From positions 128,001 to 192,000 of the forward strand of contig CBFGKH010000003.1 in the NCBI GenBank assembly GCA_965649295.1: a stretch of DNA of 64,000 nt. The letters run 5' to 3'. Origin of the DNA: a candidate division WOR-3 bacterium. Lineage in GTDB: Bacteria; Hydrothermota; Tepidihabitantia; Tepidihabitantales; Tepidihabitantaceae. The notes under the pieces were generated by a model. That model did no database searches, was not told where the DNA came from, and saw nothing but the letters and a program-made list of their open reading frames with translations. Made by a program: the position numbers and the translations under genes. The first letter of the stretch is position 1. Every line of letters begins with the position of its first letter. Below, in pieces: positions 18,771-28,895 of this stretch.

Positions 18771-20414
18771 ATGCGCCAAGGCATCATACTTGTAGCACTA
18801 TACGGGCTGGCTGTAGCTTTCGTCCCCAGCTCGTTTCGACTCCAGTCAACTGCTGGTGTCTGGCCAGACGATTACGACCTGCTTTTTGAACCAGCCCGCA
18901 TTCCACTAATTGAAGGAAACCGAGTGTACAGCGGGCTTTCGAATCTCGTGACTGGTAGCGAGGAGCACTTCGGCGCAGCCAAGAGCAACTTCTTCTTCAT
19001 CGGCGGCTCCACCAACCTGACCGGCCCCTTCTATCCTGGGCTTATCTTCGACCGCTGGACCACAAGGACACCGCTATTCACTGGGCTGGTCTCTGAAGGC
19101 GACTCGCTCTTCGGCGAAGGCGAACTCATCAATCAACAGTTGTTCGACCGTGACACCAACGGCACCTACGACTACCAGATTCTTGAGACCGAATCAGCGC
19201 GGGCCCAAGAGGAGCAGACCGAGTCCGATTACCACCTGGCAGTCGGATTCCGTACCGGCGAGCTACGTCTCGGTGCAGCCTTTACCCGCCGCGACCTAAT
19301 CTCAGCCATGACTGCGCCGTGGTGCAACTACCGCTATCAGCGCCGCGATTCCAATTTCGTCGCCAACCGGCTCGTCTTTACCGAACTGGACACAGCGGTC
19401 GGTCGCGACGAGTTCAGCCAATCACTCAACCGTTTCACCCTCAATGGCTGGTACGACCTCGCCACTGTTCGTCTTGGTCTCCTCGGCTCATTCACCCTGA
19501 TGAGCCAGCAATCTTCGCTCAGAATCGATGCTCAAGACTGGATCAATCGTAGCCCGTCCGACCCCACCATCATCGACTACGCAAGAGAATCATACCAGTA
19601 CCGCTCTGAGCGACCTGCTGCTGGCAACCGGGTCGACGGGATGCTATCAGTCTTCTATCTTCCGACCGAGATTGTCGAAAACCGGTTCATGCTCATTGCC
19701 AGCACCCAAAGCCTCAAACTCGCCGCTGATGCTGGCGGGCTCGACCTGGCCCACGCTGACAGCGTGCGTTACCCCGGTCGCGACTCAACTGCTGACACGG
19801 TTCGCTTTCGCTATGCCGGTAACTATCAGTCAAACAGCCTCGAACTGCGCACCCGACACATGTTCCAAGTCAGCGACCGGTTCCGAGTGGGGTTTGGCTT
19901 GGGCTTTACTGTGGCCACAACCGAGGACTCACTGGTTGATTCGACCGCAAGTCGGACCTATTTCAGCCACAACAACGGTGACACAATTGCCGGCCGGGAA
20001 GACTACCGTCGCGTCCAGACCTCGTCAGCAATGTGGCAGCACCGCGTCACCCGCAGCGACAACATTCTTTCCGCTCCAATCGGGCTTGAGTTCAATATCA
20101 TCGAACCGCTTGTCCTTCGACTCGGGGTTGATTCACGCATCAACTGGCACAGCCAGACCAGTACTAAACAACTGCTTGCCATTTCGCCAACATTAACCCG
20201 CACCGATTATGGTGACGGCACCTTCACTGAAACCCTCGGCCCAGCCCCGACCCAGCCCGGCACCAGTGAGACCGTGAACTCAACCACCTATTCAAACACC
20301 TTTACCTATGGCTTGGGTTACACTCCGGTCCCGAACTTGCAGATTGATGTTATGGGCTTTGCTCGACTGACCGACTTGACCAACTGGCGGCTCTCGGTCA
20401 CCTTGAAGTTCTAA
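18771..20414 (+). CDS. Hypothetical outer-membrane beta-barrel-like protein
   Basis: Signal peptide, alternating beta-strand pattern, C-terminal LSVTLKF; promoter TTGACA-16-TATATT and SD AAGGAGG. Confidence 0.7.
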   Translation: MRQGIILVALYGLAVAFVPSSFRLQSTAGVWPDDYDLLFEPARIPLIEGNRVYSGLSNLVTGSEEHFGAAKSNFFFIGGSTNLTGPFYPGLIFDRWTTRTPLFTGLVSEGDSLFGEGELINQQLFDRDTNGTYDYQILETESARAQEEQTESDYHLAVGFRTGELRLGAAFTRRDLISAMTAPWCNYRYQRRDSNFVANRLVFTELDTAVGRDEFSQSLNRFTLNGWYDLATVRLGLLGSFTLMSQQSSLRIDAQDWINRSPSDPTIIDYARESYQYRSERPAAGNRVDGMLSVFYLPTEIVENRFMLIASTQSLKLAADAGGLDLAHADSVRYPGRDSTADTVRFRYAGNYQSNSLELRTRHMFQVSDRFRVGFGLGFTVATTEDSLVDSTASRTYFSHNNGDTIAGREDYRRVQTSSAMWQHRVTRSDNILSAPIGLEFNIIEPLVLRLGVDSRINWHSQTSTKQLLAISPTLTRTDYGDGTFTETLGPAPTQPGTSETVNSTTYSNTFTYGLGYTPVPNLQIDVMGFARLTDLTNWRLSVTLKF

Positions 20415-20423
20415 GGAGGAGAC

Positions 20424-21641
20424 ATGATCAATTACTCCCGACAGCTTGCTTTCGTCACCCTTGGGCTACTGCTTATTGCCGGCTGCAAGCAGGCCGAGAA
20501 TCAGTTGCATCTAGACTTGGGCCTGCCACTCGGCACCGGCGCCAGCAACCTGACATTTGTCGAGCAGGTGACTCCAAACAACGCCACCATGCTGGCCGAT
20601 GACAATCCTACCGTTACCGGTATCCAAGCGACCATCGTCGTCACCTTCTCTGACTTCATGGACAGATCGTCAGTTCTCTCTGCCGTCAGTGTCATCAACG
20701 CGACCACTGGCGAGCCGGTCCAGAACCTAGTGACTAGCTATAACGACGATGCTCGCAAGCTCTTCGTCCGTCATGAGGCTTGGACCAGCAACAGCTCCTA
20801 TCTCCTCTGTATCGCTACTGGCGGTGCACGCAATCGCTGGGGACGTCCGCTCGACGGCAACCGCAACGGCACTGCTGAACCCAGCCCCTACGATGACTAC
20901 TTCACTACCTTCTACACCACGGGCAGCACGCCAGATAGCTGCATCAATATCCAGCCGCCGCGCGTTACCGCCGTCGTGCCCGACACTGCCCGTATTACTG
21001 ACACGCTACCGCTGGTGAGAATCACCTTCTCCCGGCCAATGGACACGCTGACCCTCAAGCCGATCAACTTCCGTCTGCTCAGCAATACCGGGGCATCGGT
21101 TCAGCTCGACAGCGTGACGATTGTGCCAACCCAAGCGACCTTTCGCCCTCGGTCACCACTCCGCTTTGGCGATACTTATCGCTTGATACTGATTGACACT
21201 GCGATCCGGGCCCGCGGACTTCGCAACTCACCTACTCACCTCCTACGGCTTGACACCGATAACGACGGACCTGAGCCGGCTGAACCAGAGTGGAGCTCCT
21301 ACTTTCTCTGTGACACAGTTCCGTCACCAACCGTGACGGTCTCGCCAATTACTGGTGGGCGACGTTTTCAGTTCAGCGTTAGGATGGACACCGCCTCGCT
21401 CCTACCAAGCCGAATCAGGTTATTCGATAATCGCGGCTACGTGCCGGGAACTTTCAACTATCCATTTGGCTGCGCCGACGGTGTCCTTACACTTGACTAC
21501 TTCTACAGCCGGCCGGTAAGCGGCTCAGTGCGGGCCTTTGTCGCCAAAGAAGTCAGCTCGACCAAAGGACGGCTGCTTGACGGCCAGGCGCCCCCTAATG
21601 GTATCGGCGGTGAACCTTGGGACGACTACTGGTCACCGTAA
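20424..21641 (+). CDS. Lipoprotein with bacterial Ig-like (Big_5/SbsA-type) domains
   Basis: Lipobox LIAGC; repeated VTFSDFMD / ITFSRPMD / QFSVRMD motifs. Confidence 0.75.
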   Translation: MINYSRQLAFVTLGLLLIAGCKQAENQLHLDLGLPLGTGASNLTFVEQVTPNNATMLADDNPTVTGIQATIVVTFSDFMDRSSVLSAVSVINATTGEPVQNLVTSYNDDARKLFVRHEAWTSNSSYLLCIATGGARNRWGRPLDGNRNGTAEPSPYDDYFTTFYTTGSTPDSCINIQPPRVTAVVPDTARITDTLPLVRITFSRPMDTLTLKPINFRLLSNTGASVQLDSVTIVPTQATFRPRSPLRFGDTYRLILIDTAIRARGLRNSPTHLLRLDTDNDGPEPAEPEWSSYFLCDTVPSPTVTVSPITGGRRFQFSVRMDTASLLPSRIRLFDNRGYVPGTFNYPFGCADGVLTLDYFYSRPVSGSVRAFVAKEVSSTKGRLLDGQAPPNGIGGEPWDDYWSP

Positions 21642-21658
21642 GCAAAGGTGACTCTCGA

Positions 21659-21692
21659 GGAACGGCGGGCAGGGTGACCTGCCCGCCGTTCC
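21659..21692. terminator. Hairpin between convergent genes
   Basis: GGAACGGCGGGCAGG-GTGA-CCTGCCCGCCGTTCC. Confidence 0.7.
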
Positions 21693-21708
21693 AACGCTGG
21701 CCAGAAGA

Positions 21709-22227
21709 CTACGCGTAGCGATCGTAGCAGACTATTTCCTCGATTGGTTTACGGGGACGCGGACTGGCTTCTCGTGCTGGATAGCCGATCGGCGTCAGCG
21801 CGATCGGCTTAACCCCAGAGGGAATACCAAGCACATTTTTCACGTCAGCTTCAACAAAAGCACCAATCCAGCACGTACCCAGACCTTCCGCCGTGGCCGC
21901 AAGAATCATGTGCTCCAAGGCGATGGCAAGGTCAACCGCCTCAGCCGACCAATATCCACCCATACCCTTCCAGACCTGTTCCTCGACTGCACAGCCGCAG
22001 ATAACAACTGGCGCCTCGGCGACGAACTTCTGGCCGCGACAGGCTGGTACAAGCGCAGCCCGCACTGCTGGGTCGCGAACAACGATGAACTTCCAGGGTT
22101 GATAGTTCTTGGCCGACGGTGCGAGGCGACCGGCCTCGATTATCCGATTGAGGACCTCGTCAGGAATCGGGTCCGGCTTGTAGGCCCTCACACTCAGCCG
22201 CCGCCGAACAACTTCATAGAACTCCAC
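21709..22227 (-). CDS. Nitroreductase family protein
   Basis: RRLSVRAY, APSAKNYQPWKF, LAATAEGLGTCWIG, IGYP. Confidence 0.92.
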   Translation of the reverse strand: MEFYEVVRRRLSVRAYKPDPIPDEVLNRIIEAGRLAPSAKNYQPWKFIVVRDPAVRAALVPACRGQKFVAEAPVVICGCAVEEQVWKGMGGYWSAEAVDLAIALEHMILAATAEGLGTCWIGAFVEADVKNVLGIPSGVKPIALTPIGYPAREASPRPRKPIEEIVCYDRYA

Positions 22228-22270
22228 GCTTCACCTCCGGTCAACAGTGATTGCTGGCCTTGGGGGAAAA

Positions 22271-22344
22271 AGCGCCCGACGCGATTCGAACGCGTGGCCT
22301 GCAGATCCGGAGTCTGCCGCTCTATCCATCTGAGCTACGGGCGC
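22271..22344 (-). tRNA. tRNA-Arg(CCG)
   Basis: Reverse complement GCGCCCGTAGCTCAGATGGATAGAGCGGCAGACTCCGGATCTGC...GTTCGAATCGCGTCGGGCGC; anticodon CCG. Confidence 0.95.
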
Positions 22345-22522
22345 GTGGCCAAACTGTAACCAACGGGCATCAGCAAGTCAAGCTGCCGCAGCGCCCTCTC
22401 CAAGGCACCAGCAGGATCGTCTTGGGAAGAGTCAGCAGTGACCATCCATAGCCGAAGGCTAATCCGAAAACAGCGTCACCAGCCTATCGGCAGACGGTTC
22501 AGCTTGTATTGTGGGAAATCTG

Positions 22523-22738
22523 ACCTCCAGCAGGCTAGGAGAAAGCATCGCCGACCGCGCTAGCAGCCCTCCGGGCAGGCCATCAGGGGGTGACTCCGGT
22601 AGTCACTCCCCCCGGCAGGTCCGAGAGCCTTGGCTACACGGCTATCGAATTGACGTGCAACAGCTTGTGCCAATACTCGTCCCAAACTCTCCCACTGAGA
22701 ACTGCTGGCAAGATGACTGGTGCAGCTACCCCTTCTGC
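22523..22738. repeat. Degenerate 12-bp-periodic intergenic array
   Basis: Core TCAGGGGGTGAC-TCCGGTAGTCAC-TCCCCC at 22583-22612; in-phase TATCGAATTGAC and CCCACTGAGAAC. Confidence 0.55.
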
Positions 22739-22853
22739 GTGCCCATCGGAGACCAACACCTAATCCGACGCGGGTTTAGCTACCCCCAGTGCTCCCTTCG
22801 GGGAAGAGCAAAGACCAGCAACTTCAGTACCAGACCTGCTGCTACCCAAAGAC

Positions 22854-24233
22854 TTAGCCACCATCAAGCAAACTGGTTGTCATCTTCCCCTTCGTGAACG
22901 CCGGATTACGGAGCAGTGCTCGCAGAAAATCAACAGTTGTCTTGATTCCGCCAATGTGTGTCTCAGCCAGCGCCCGTTCCATCCTGGCAATCGCCGCCGC
23001 CCGGTTTTCGGCCCAGACTGTTATCTTGGCTACGAGCGGATCGTAGAACGGCGGCACAACCACTCGTGGTAGCAGGGCAGTATCAACCCGCACCCCTGGA
23101 CCGGCTGGCAGTTGCAGCTCGGTTACCGTGCCGGAGCAAGGCGCAAAGTCAGCCTCGGCATCCTCGGCGTAGATTCGGCACTCAATAGCGTGGCCTCGCG
23201 GCGTTGTCAGATCCTGACCAACATCAAGTTCATAGTTACCTGCGATTCTTAGCTGCTCCCGCACGATGTCTATGCCGGTAACCATCTCTGTTACCGGATG
23301 TTCAACCTGGAGCCGTGCATTCATCTCCATGAAGTAGCAGTTGCCCGATTCATCGCAGATGAACTCAACTGTTCCGGCACTCTCATATCCGGTTGACCGA
23401 GCTGCTGCCACGGCCCATTCTGCGAGCCGCATTCGCAGCTCCGCGGTCACACCGGGTGCCGGACTCTCTTCAATCAGTTTCTGATGGCGACGCTGTGCCG
23501 AGCAGTCACGCTCGCCCAAGAATAGTACATTGTCGTGCCGATCGGCAAGGAGTTGCACCTCGATATGTCGCGCTCGACTCAGGTATTTCTCGACATAGAC
23601 CCGTTCGTCATCGAACGTCCGCTTGGCTTCGGTCTGGCAGGCATGTAGTGCCGGTTCCAGTTCTGACTCATTGCGAACTATGCGCATTCCTTTACCCCCA
23701 CCGCCCGCTGCCGCCTTGATAATCACCGGCAGACCGACCTCAGCACAGACCTTGGGGGCAACCTGGGGGTCAGCGACTGGCTCATCAGCGCCGGGCACAA
23801 CCGGCACCCCGGCAGCCTTCATCTGCTTACGAGCCGCAATCTTGTCTCCAAGCAGACGCATCGTCTCCGGCCGCGGGCCAACAAATTCCATCCCGCAGTC
23901 ACGCACCGCCTCAGCAAAGTCGGCATTCTCTGCCAGAAACCCGTATCCAGGATGTACTGCTTCACTGTTGGTGACGGTTGCTGCTGCCAGAACACGAGCC
24001 GTGCTGAGATAACTCTGTCGGGCTGGTGGCGGCCCGATACAGACCGCCTCATCAGCAAGCAGTACCGGCAGGGAGAACCGATCGGCCTCGGAATAGACGA
24101 CGACACTGGCGATGCCAAGCTCGCGACACGAACGCAGTACGCGGAGCGCAATCTCACCGCGGTTGGCAATCATTAGTTTGCGTGGAAGCCGGGGCTTAGG
24201 AACGGTAGCAGCAGAATCACTTCTGGCGGTCAT
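22854..24233 (-). CDS. accC: Biotin carboxylase
   Basis: IANRGEIA, HPGYGFLAEN, KAAAGGGGKGM, FMEMNARLQVEH, ECRIYAED. Confidence 0.93.
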   Translation of the reverse strand: MTARSDSAATVPKPRLPRKLMIANRGEIALRVLRSCRELGIASVVVYSEADRFSLPVLLADEAVCIGPPPARQSYLSTARVLAAATVTNSEAVHPGYGFLAENADFAEAVRDCGMEFVGPRPETMRLLGDKIAARKQMKAAGVPVVPGADEPVADPQVAPKVCAEVGLPVIIKAAAGGGGKGMRIVRNESELEPALHACQTEAKRTFDDERVYVEKYLSRARHIEVQLLADRHDNVLFLGERDCSAQRRHQKLIEESPAPGVTAELRMRLAEWAVAAARSTGYESAGTVEFICDESGNCYFMEMNARLQVEHPVTEMVTGIDIVREQLRIAGNYELDVGQDLTTPRGHAIECRIYAEDAEADFAPCSGTVTELQLPAGPGVRVDTALLPRVVVPPFYDPLVAKITVWAENRAAAIARMERALAETHIGGIKTTVDFLRALLRNPAFTKGKMTTSLLDGG

Positions 24234-24400
24234 GTCCGATACTCGTAGCTGACTTCGGTTCGCGAATCACCTTACACGCCCGAACCACCCCGGTCAACTC
24301 GATGCGTTGACTGTCGGCGCCGAACCAATACAATGACCTCTCATGCAGGAACCGACGCCATTTTCGGCTAGTCAACGGTGGGCCAGCTCCCAAGCTGAGC

Positions 24401-25057
24401 ATGATCGGCTATCTGCAATCTATGAACAACTCTCATAATTCGTCGCCGTCAGGAAATGGTAACCCAAACCCGGCTGGGCCAGACATGACTTTTCCCGATC
24501 AGGGGTTTCTTCGGCTCTGCCAAACACGCTGTTCCGTCCGCCGTTTTGCCGAACGACCGGTACCAAGGAGTCTGATTGAGTACTGCGCAGAGGCCGCACG
24601 CCTCGCGCCATCTGCTGAGAACGCTCAACCCTGGCGATTCGTCGTTTTCGATGATGAGACAACCCGCAGCCAGGTTGCCAGAACCGTCTTTCGTGGCATC
24701 TACGCGCCGTCCGCCAAATTCGCCAAAGCTCCGGTCTTGGTCGCACTGCTAATCAAAGAAAACATCGTTACGAACCGCCTGGCTGGCGCAGTGCAAGGCA
24801 CACCGTTTCAACTTGTTGACGCTGGGATTGCTGGTGAGCACTTTGTTCTTGCTGCTGCCGAGCTAGGTCTGGGCACGTGCTGGATTGGCTGGTACGACGG
24901 ACGGGCGCTCAGCCGCTTTCTCGGCCTGAGTAAGGGAGGCTACCGCCCTGTCTGCCTCATTGCTCTTGGCTATCCAGCAGAAGACCAGCCCCCCCCGGCC
25001 AACCGACGCCGCCGACCGCTGCGAGACATACTGTTTTGGAACGGTCTGCCCAAGTAA
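24401..25057 (+). CDS. Nitroreductase family protein (true start possibly 24422 or 24485)
   Basis: RCSVRRF, APSAENAQPWRF, LAAAELGLGTCWIG, LGYP. Confidence 0.88.
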   Translation: MIGYLQSMNNSHNSSPSGNGNPNPAGPDMTFPDQGFLRLCQTRCSVRRFAERPVPRSLIEYCAEAARLAPSAENAQPWRFVVFDDETTRSQVARTVFRGIYAPSAKFAKAPVLVALLIKENIVTNRLAGAVQGTPFQLVDAGIAGEHFVLAAAELGLGTCWIGWYDGRALSRFLGLSKGGYRPVCLIALGYPAEDQPPPANRRRRPLRDILFWNGLPK

Positions 25058-25127
25058 CAGCCGGTTCACTGTGGTCGGCGCTATCACCGCTTGACACGCT
25101 GATTTGCTGGGCAAGACTGTAACCTAA

Positions 25128-27137
25128 GTGAGAGGCAGATCTTTACAGGATTCGCTCCGCACCCGCCGGGGAATGCTAGTCATCACTGTCACTACTGCCC
25201 TGCTAGCAGTCTTGCTCTATCTGCCGACAATCCGTTACGGCTTCGTCTGGGACGACAACCTGCTCATCACTCGTAATCAGTTCCTGCAACAGGCAAACCC
25301 CCGCGATTTAATCGTGCATGGATTCTGGCATGGCAGTCCTGACCCGGTCGAAGGGCCGGCTGCGTCTTATTACCGACCGCTCACAACCTTTTCTTTCTGG
25401 CTCGACCGGAGTTTGTGGGGCCTCCGGGCGGCCGGTTTCCACTTCACCAACATAATCCTCAACGCAATAACAGCCGCGCTGGTAACGCTGATTATCTGGG
25501 AGCTCCTCCATTCCGGTGTCTGGGCACTGATCGGCGGACTACTATTTCTCACCCATCCCGCCCATGTCGAATCAGTCGCCTTCATCTCCGGCCGCACCGA
25601 CCTACTTGCCGGCATGTTCGTGGCGCTGGCGAGCGTCGCCCTGCTAAGATCGTTACGCAAGAATGACGCCCGCTGGAACATCGTTGTGATTCCTGCCTTC
25701 ATTCTTGCCATTCTCAGCAAGGAAACCGCCGTCGTTTTCCCATTCCTTGCCGCCATCACGCCGTTGCTGGTCAGCAAGCGCTATGACCGTTGGTACTGGC
25801 TACCGGTCATCGGCATGGGTCTCGCATTGCTAGGCTACTGGTTGCTTAGAAAGTGGCTCGTGCCGGTTCAGCTCATCCCCCCTTCTCCGGCCCCGCTCGG
25901 TGCGCGCCTTACTGAGATTGCCAACACCGCCGGACTTTATGTCCGCACCTTTTTCTACCCCTTTACCCACCGTGCCAAGATACCAATCGACATCGGCTTC
26001 TTGACGCCAACCTCAAACGCCATCATCGCTCTGCTCTTCGTCGTCACCGTCCCGCTCGTCGCCATCCGTCGTCGCTTTCGAGCAATACTCTGGGGCTACG
26101 CTTGGACCCTACTCTTTCTTCTGCCTGTCGCGGGCATCGTTGCCATTGGCCCCCAGGCTGCTGAACGTCTGCTCTACATCCCATCAGCCGGCATGGTCAT
26201 GATCATTGTTACACTAGTCTCACGACTTCTTGCTGGTCGCGTTCGACTCCGGCAGCTTGCCGCCGCCGGACTTGTTCTTGTTGCCGTCGTGTTTGCTGTT
26301 GACGCGGCGCTGCGCAGCCGTATCTGGCAGTCTGACTTGACCCTGTTTAGTGCTATGGTCAGCGAGGCGCCGCGTTCGCCCAGCGCCCACGCCAATCTGG
26401 CTGATGCCCTTGCCGCCACCAATCCCGATTCAGCGATCAAGCTCTATAATCGGGCGATTACGCTCGACCAGCGCTACACCCACGCATACATCAACAGCGC
26501 CATCCTGTTCAGCCGCCTCGGCGACCACCGTCAGGCAATCCACAATCTGCGGCTCGCTGCCGAACTCCGTCCTGGCTCGGCAATGGTACTCGACAACCTG
26601 GCTGCTGCATTCCTCGCCGCGGCTATGCCGGAAAGTGCCCTTGTAACGCTCGGTCGCATCGAGACAGCGAGCTCAACGCTCTACGTCAAACGCGCCGCGA
26701 TACTGGAAGCGCTCAACCGGCCGGCCGCAGCCGAGTCGAGTCTGCGCCTCGCACTCAGCATGGATTCACTTCTTCCAGTTGCCCGCTACGGTCTCGCCTC
26801 TCGCTTCATGCGGACCGGTCAAGCTGAGAGCGCGTGGAAGTACATGCCAAGGCAGTACGAAAACACGCCCGAGTTCGCTCCTGACTGGAATCGTTTGGGT
26901 TCGCTATTGGTTAGCCAGGGCGATACTGGTCGCGGTGAGACGTGCTACCGCCGCGCCCTGGCCCTCGACTCCAATCTGGTTCCGGCGCTCTACAATCAAG
27001 CTGTACTGCTCTTGAACCAAGGAGACAGTGTCAATGCCCGCCGCCTCATTGACCGCGCTCTACGTTTACGACCTGACCTAGTGCCGCTAAGAACCCTCCA
27101 ACAGCAATTGACCGGCACCAAGCAGACTGGTCGCTAG
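25128..27137 (+). CDS. TMTC-like GT-C membrane glycosyltransferase with C-terminal TPRs
   Basis: FVWDD, YYRPL, HPAHVESVAFISGR.DLL, SKETA, AERLLYIP; many TM helices followed by TPRs. Confidence 0.85.
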   Translation: MRGRSLQDSLRTRRGMLVITVTTALLAVLLYLPTIRYGFVWDDNLLITRNQFLQQANPRDLIVHGFWHGSPDPVEGPAASYYRPLTTFSFWLDRSLWGLRAAGFHFTNIILNAITAALVTLIIWELLHSGVWALIGGLLFLTHPAHVESVAFISGRTDLLAGMFVALASVALLRSLRKNDARWNIVVIPAFILAILSKETAVVFPFLAAITPLLVSKRYDRWYWLPVIGMGLALLGYWLLRKWLVPVQLIPPSPAPLGARLTEIANTAGLYVRTFFYPFTHRAKIPIDIGFLTPTSNAIIALLFVVTVPLVAIRRRFRAILWGYAWTLLFLLPVAGIVAIGPQAAERLLYIPSAGMVMIIVTLVSRLLAGRVRLRQLAAAGLVLVAVVFAVDAALRSRIWQSDLTLFSAMVSEAPRSPSAHANLADALAATNPDSAIKLYNRAITLDQRYTHAYINSAILFSRLGDHRQAIHNLRLAAELRPGSAMVLDNLAAAFLAAAMPESALVTLGRIETASSTLYVKRAAILEALNRPAAAESSLRLALSMDSLLPVARYGLASRFMRTGQAESAWKYMPRQYENTPEFAPDWNRLGSLLVSQGDTGRGETCYRRALALDSNLVPALYNQAVLLLNQGDSVNARRLIDRALRLRPDLVPLRTLQQQLTGTKQTGR

Positions 27138-28774
27138 TAGCGAGCAGCTATCGGCATCCGCCAGCCGGTCCCAAAAGCCCGATCGGTAACTTTGATGCTA
27201 GGGGCAGCTTGCTTTCGCTTGAACTCGCTGCGAGCAATCGCACGAACAACCCAGTCAACAGTATCCTGCTCGAAACCGGCGGCAACAATCTCAGCCACCG
27301 ATTGTCCCTGGTCAACGTAGCGTGATATAATCTCATCAAGCACATCATACGGCGGGAGCGTATCCTGGTCTCGCTGATTCGGTTTCAACTCAGCCGACGG
27401 CGGTTTGCTAATGGTTGCTGCCGGAATCACTTCCCGATGGCGGTTAATGTAACTGGCAAGCTGATAGACCATTGTTTTCGGTACATCACCGATTACTGCC
27501 AGTCCGCCACTCATATCGCCATAAAGGGTGCAATAACCGACTGCCAGCTCGCTCTTGTTGCCGGTCGAAAGTACCATCCTGCCAGCCTTGTTGGCAAGTG
27601 CCATCAGAATGTTGCCACGCACACGGGCTTGGATGTTCTCCTCAGTCGTGTCCGGCGCAAGACCAGCAAACTCAGGTTCAAGTGCCTGCCGATAGGCAGC
27701 GACAACTTGCTGAATTGGAATAGTCAGGAACCGAATCCCGAGCCTCTGGGCTAGACACCGCGAGTCTTCGACACTGCCAGCCGATGAGAACTCCGATGGC
27801 ATCGTAACCCCAAGCACGGCATCACTACCCAGAGCGGCAACGGCAATACAAGCAGTCACTGCCGAATCGATTCCGCCCGACAGACCAATAACCACATTCC
27901 TAAATCCACACTTCCTGACATAATCCCGCACCCCCAAGACCAGTGCATTGTGGACTAGCGCGATTCGGTCCTGCTGGACCGGTTCGCCGATTCTTCCGAC
28001 TGACTCGGTGTCAACAACGGTGATATCTTCCTCAAAAGCCGGCGAGACATGCTGACATCGTCCTGTTCGGTCAAATGCCATGCTGAAGCCGTCAAATACG
28101 AGGTCATCGTTACCGCCAATCTGATTGACAAACACGAACGGGACGCCCCAGCGACGGGCGTGACTGGCGAACAACCGGTAGCGCATGTCCTCCTTACCGA
28201 CAGTAAACGGCGAGGCAGCGAGATTGACGAGCAGAGTCGCCCCCGCTGTTGCTAGTTCGGTCACAGGGTCCCGGCAATACGGTTGTTTCTTGTCAGTGTC
28301 GGCTGGGTTCCAAGCATCCTCGCATATCGTAACCCCAATCCGCTCACCCCTGAACTCGACAATCCGACTCTCACTAGCTGGGTCAAAGTAGCGTGCCTCA
28401 TCAAACACGTCGTAAGTCGGAAGTAGCGACTTTGGTTGTCGTAGCAGCTCTCTCCCTTGGAAGGCCATTACCGCGACATTGTAAAGCCCTCTGCCGCAGG
28501 CCTGTCGGCTGGTGGCCACTGCGCCAAAGAGAACTGCAGTCGCCGGGTAATGTCCTGTCAGCTCAACAGCAGCAGTGAGGGCCTGTTCGCCACGTTCAAC
28601 GAACCATCTCCTTGTCAACAAATCCCGCGGTGGGTAGCCACAGAGAAAGAGCTCGGGTAGCACCACCAGGTCCGGCGCTGTCGCCTGGGTCTTTTCAAGA
28701 ACTGAGCGCAGTTTCGCCAAGTTTCCATCAAAGTCGCCGACGACCGGATTCAATTGGGCAATTGCAACCTTCAT
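27134..28774 (-). CDS. nadE: Glutamine-dependent NAD+ synthetase
   Basis: CN-hydrolase domain (PELF, K.LLP.Y.VFDE, ICEDAW) plus GLSGGIDS, ENIQARVRG, TGNKSE, GYCTLYGD, PSAEL. Confidence 0.95.
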   Translation of the reverse strand: MKVAIAQLNPVVGDFDGNLAKLRSVLEKTQATAPDLVVLPELFLCGYPPRDLLTRRWFVERGEQALTAAVELTGHYPATAVLFGAVATSRQACGRGLYNVAVMAFQGRELLRQPKSLLPTYDVFDEARYFDPASESRIVEFRGERIGVTICEDAWNPADTDKKQPYCRDPVTELATAGATLLVNLAASPFTVGKEDMRYRLFASHARRWGVPFVFVNQIGGNDDLVFDGFSMAFDRTGRCQHVSPAFEEDITVVDTESVGRIGEPVQQDRIALVHNALVLGVRDYVRKCGFRNVVIGLSGGIDSAVTACIAVAALGSDAVLGVTMPSEFSSAGSVEDSRCLAQRLGIRFLTIPIQQVVAAYRQALEPEFAGLAPDTTEENIQARVRGNILMALANKAGRMVLSTGNKSELAVGYCTLYGDMSGGLAVIGDVPKTMVYQLASYINRHREVIPAATISKPPSAELKPNQRDQDTLPPYDVLDEIISRYVDQGQSVAEIVAAGFEQDTVDWVVRAIARSEFKRKQAAPSIKVTDRAFGTGWRMPIAARY

Positions 28775-28895
28775 TGCTGTGGCTTAGGGTTACGAGCCAT
28801 ACTGCACATCAATCGAGGCAAGAACGACCCGGATAGCAGTCTGCCAAACTGCTAGAGCTTGTCAATTGCCAGCCGTGACGCTATCATCGCTTTCC

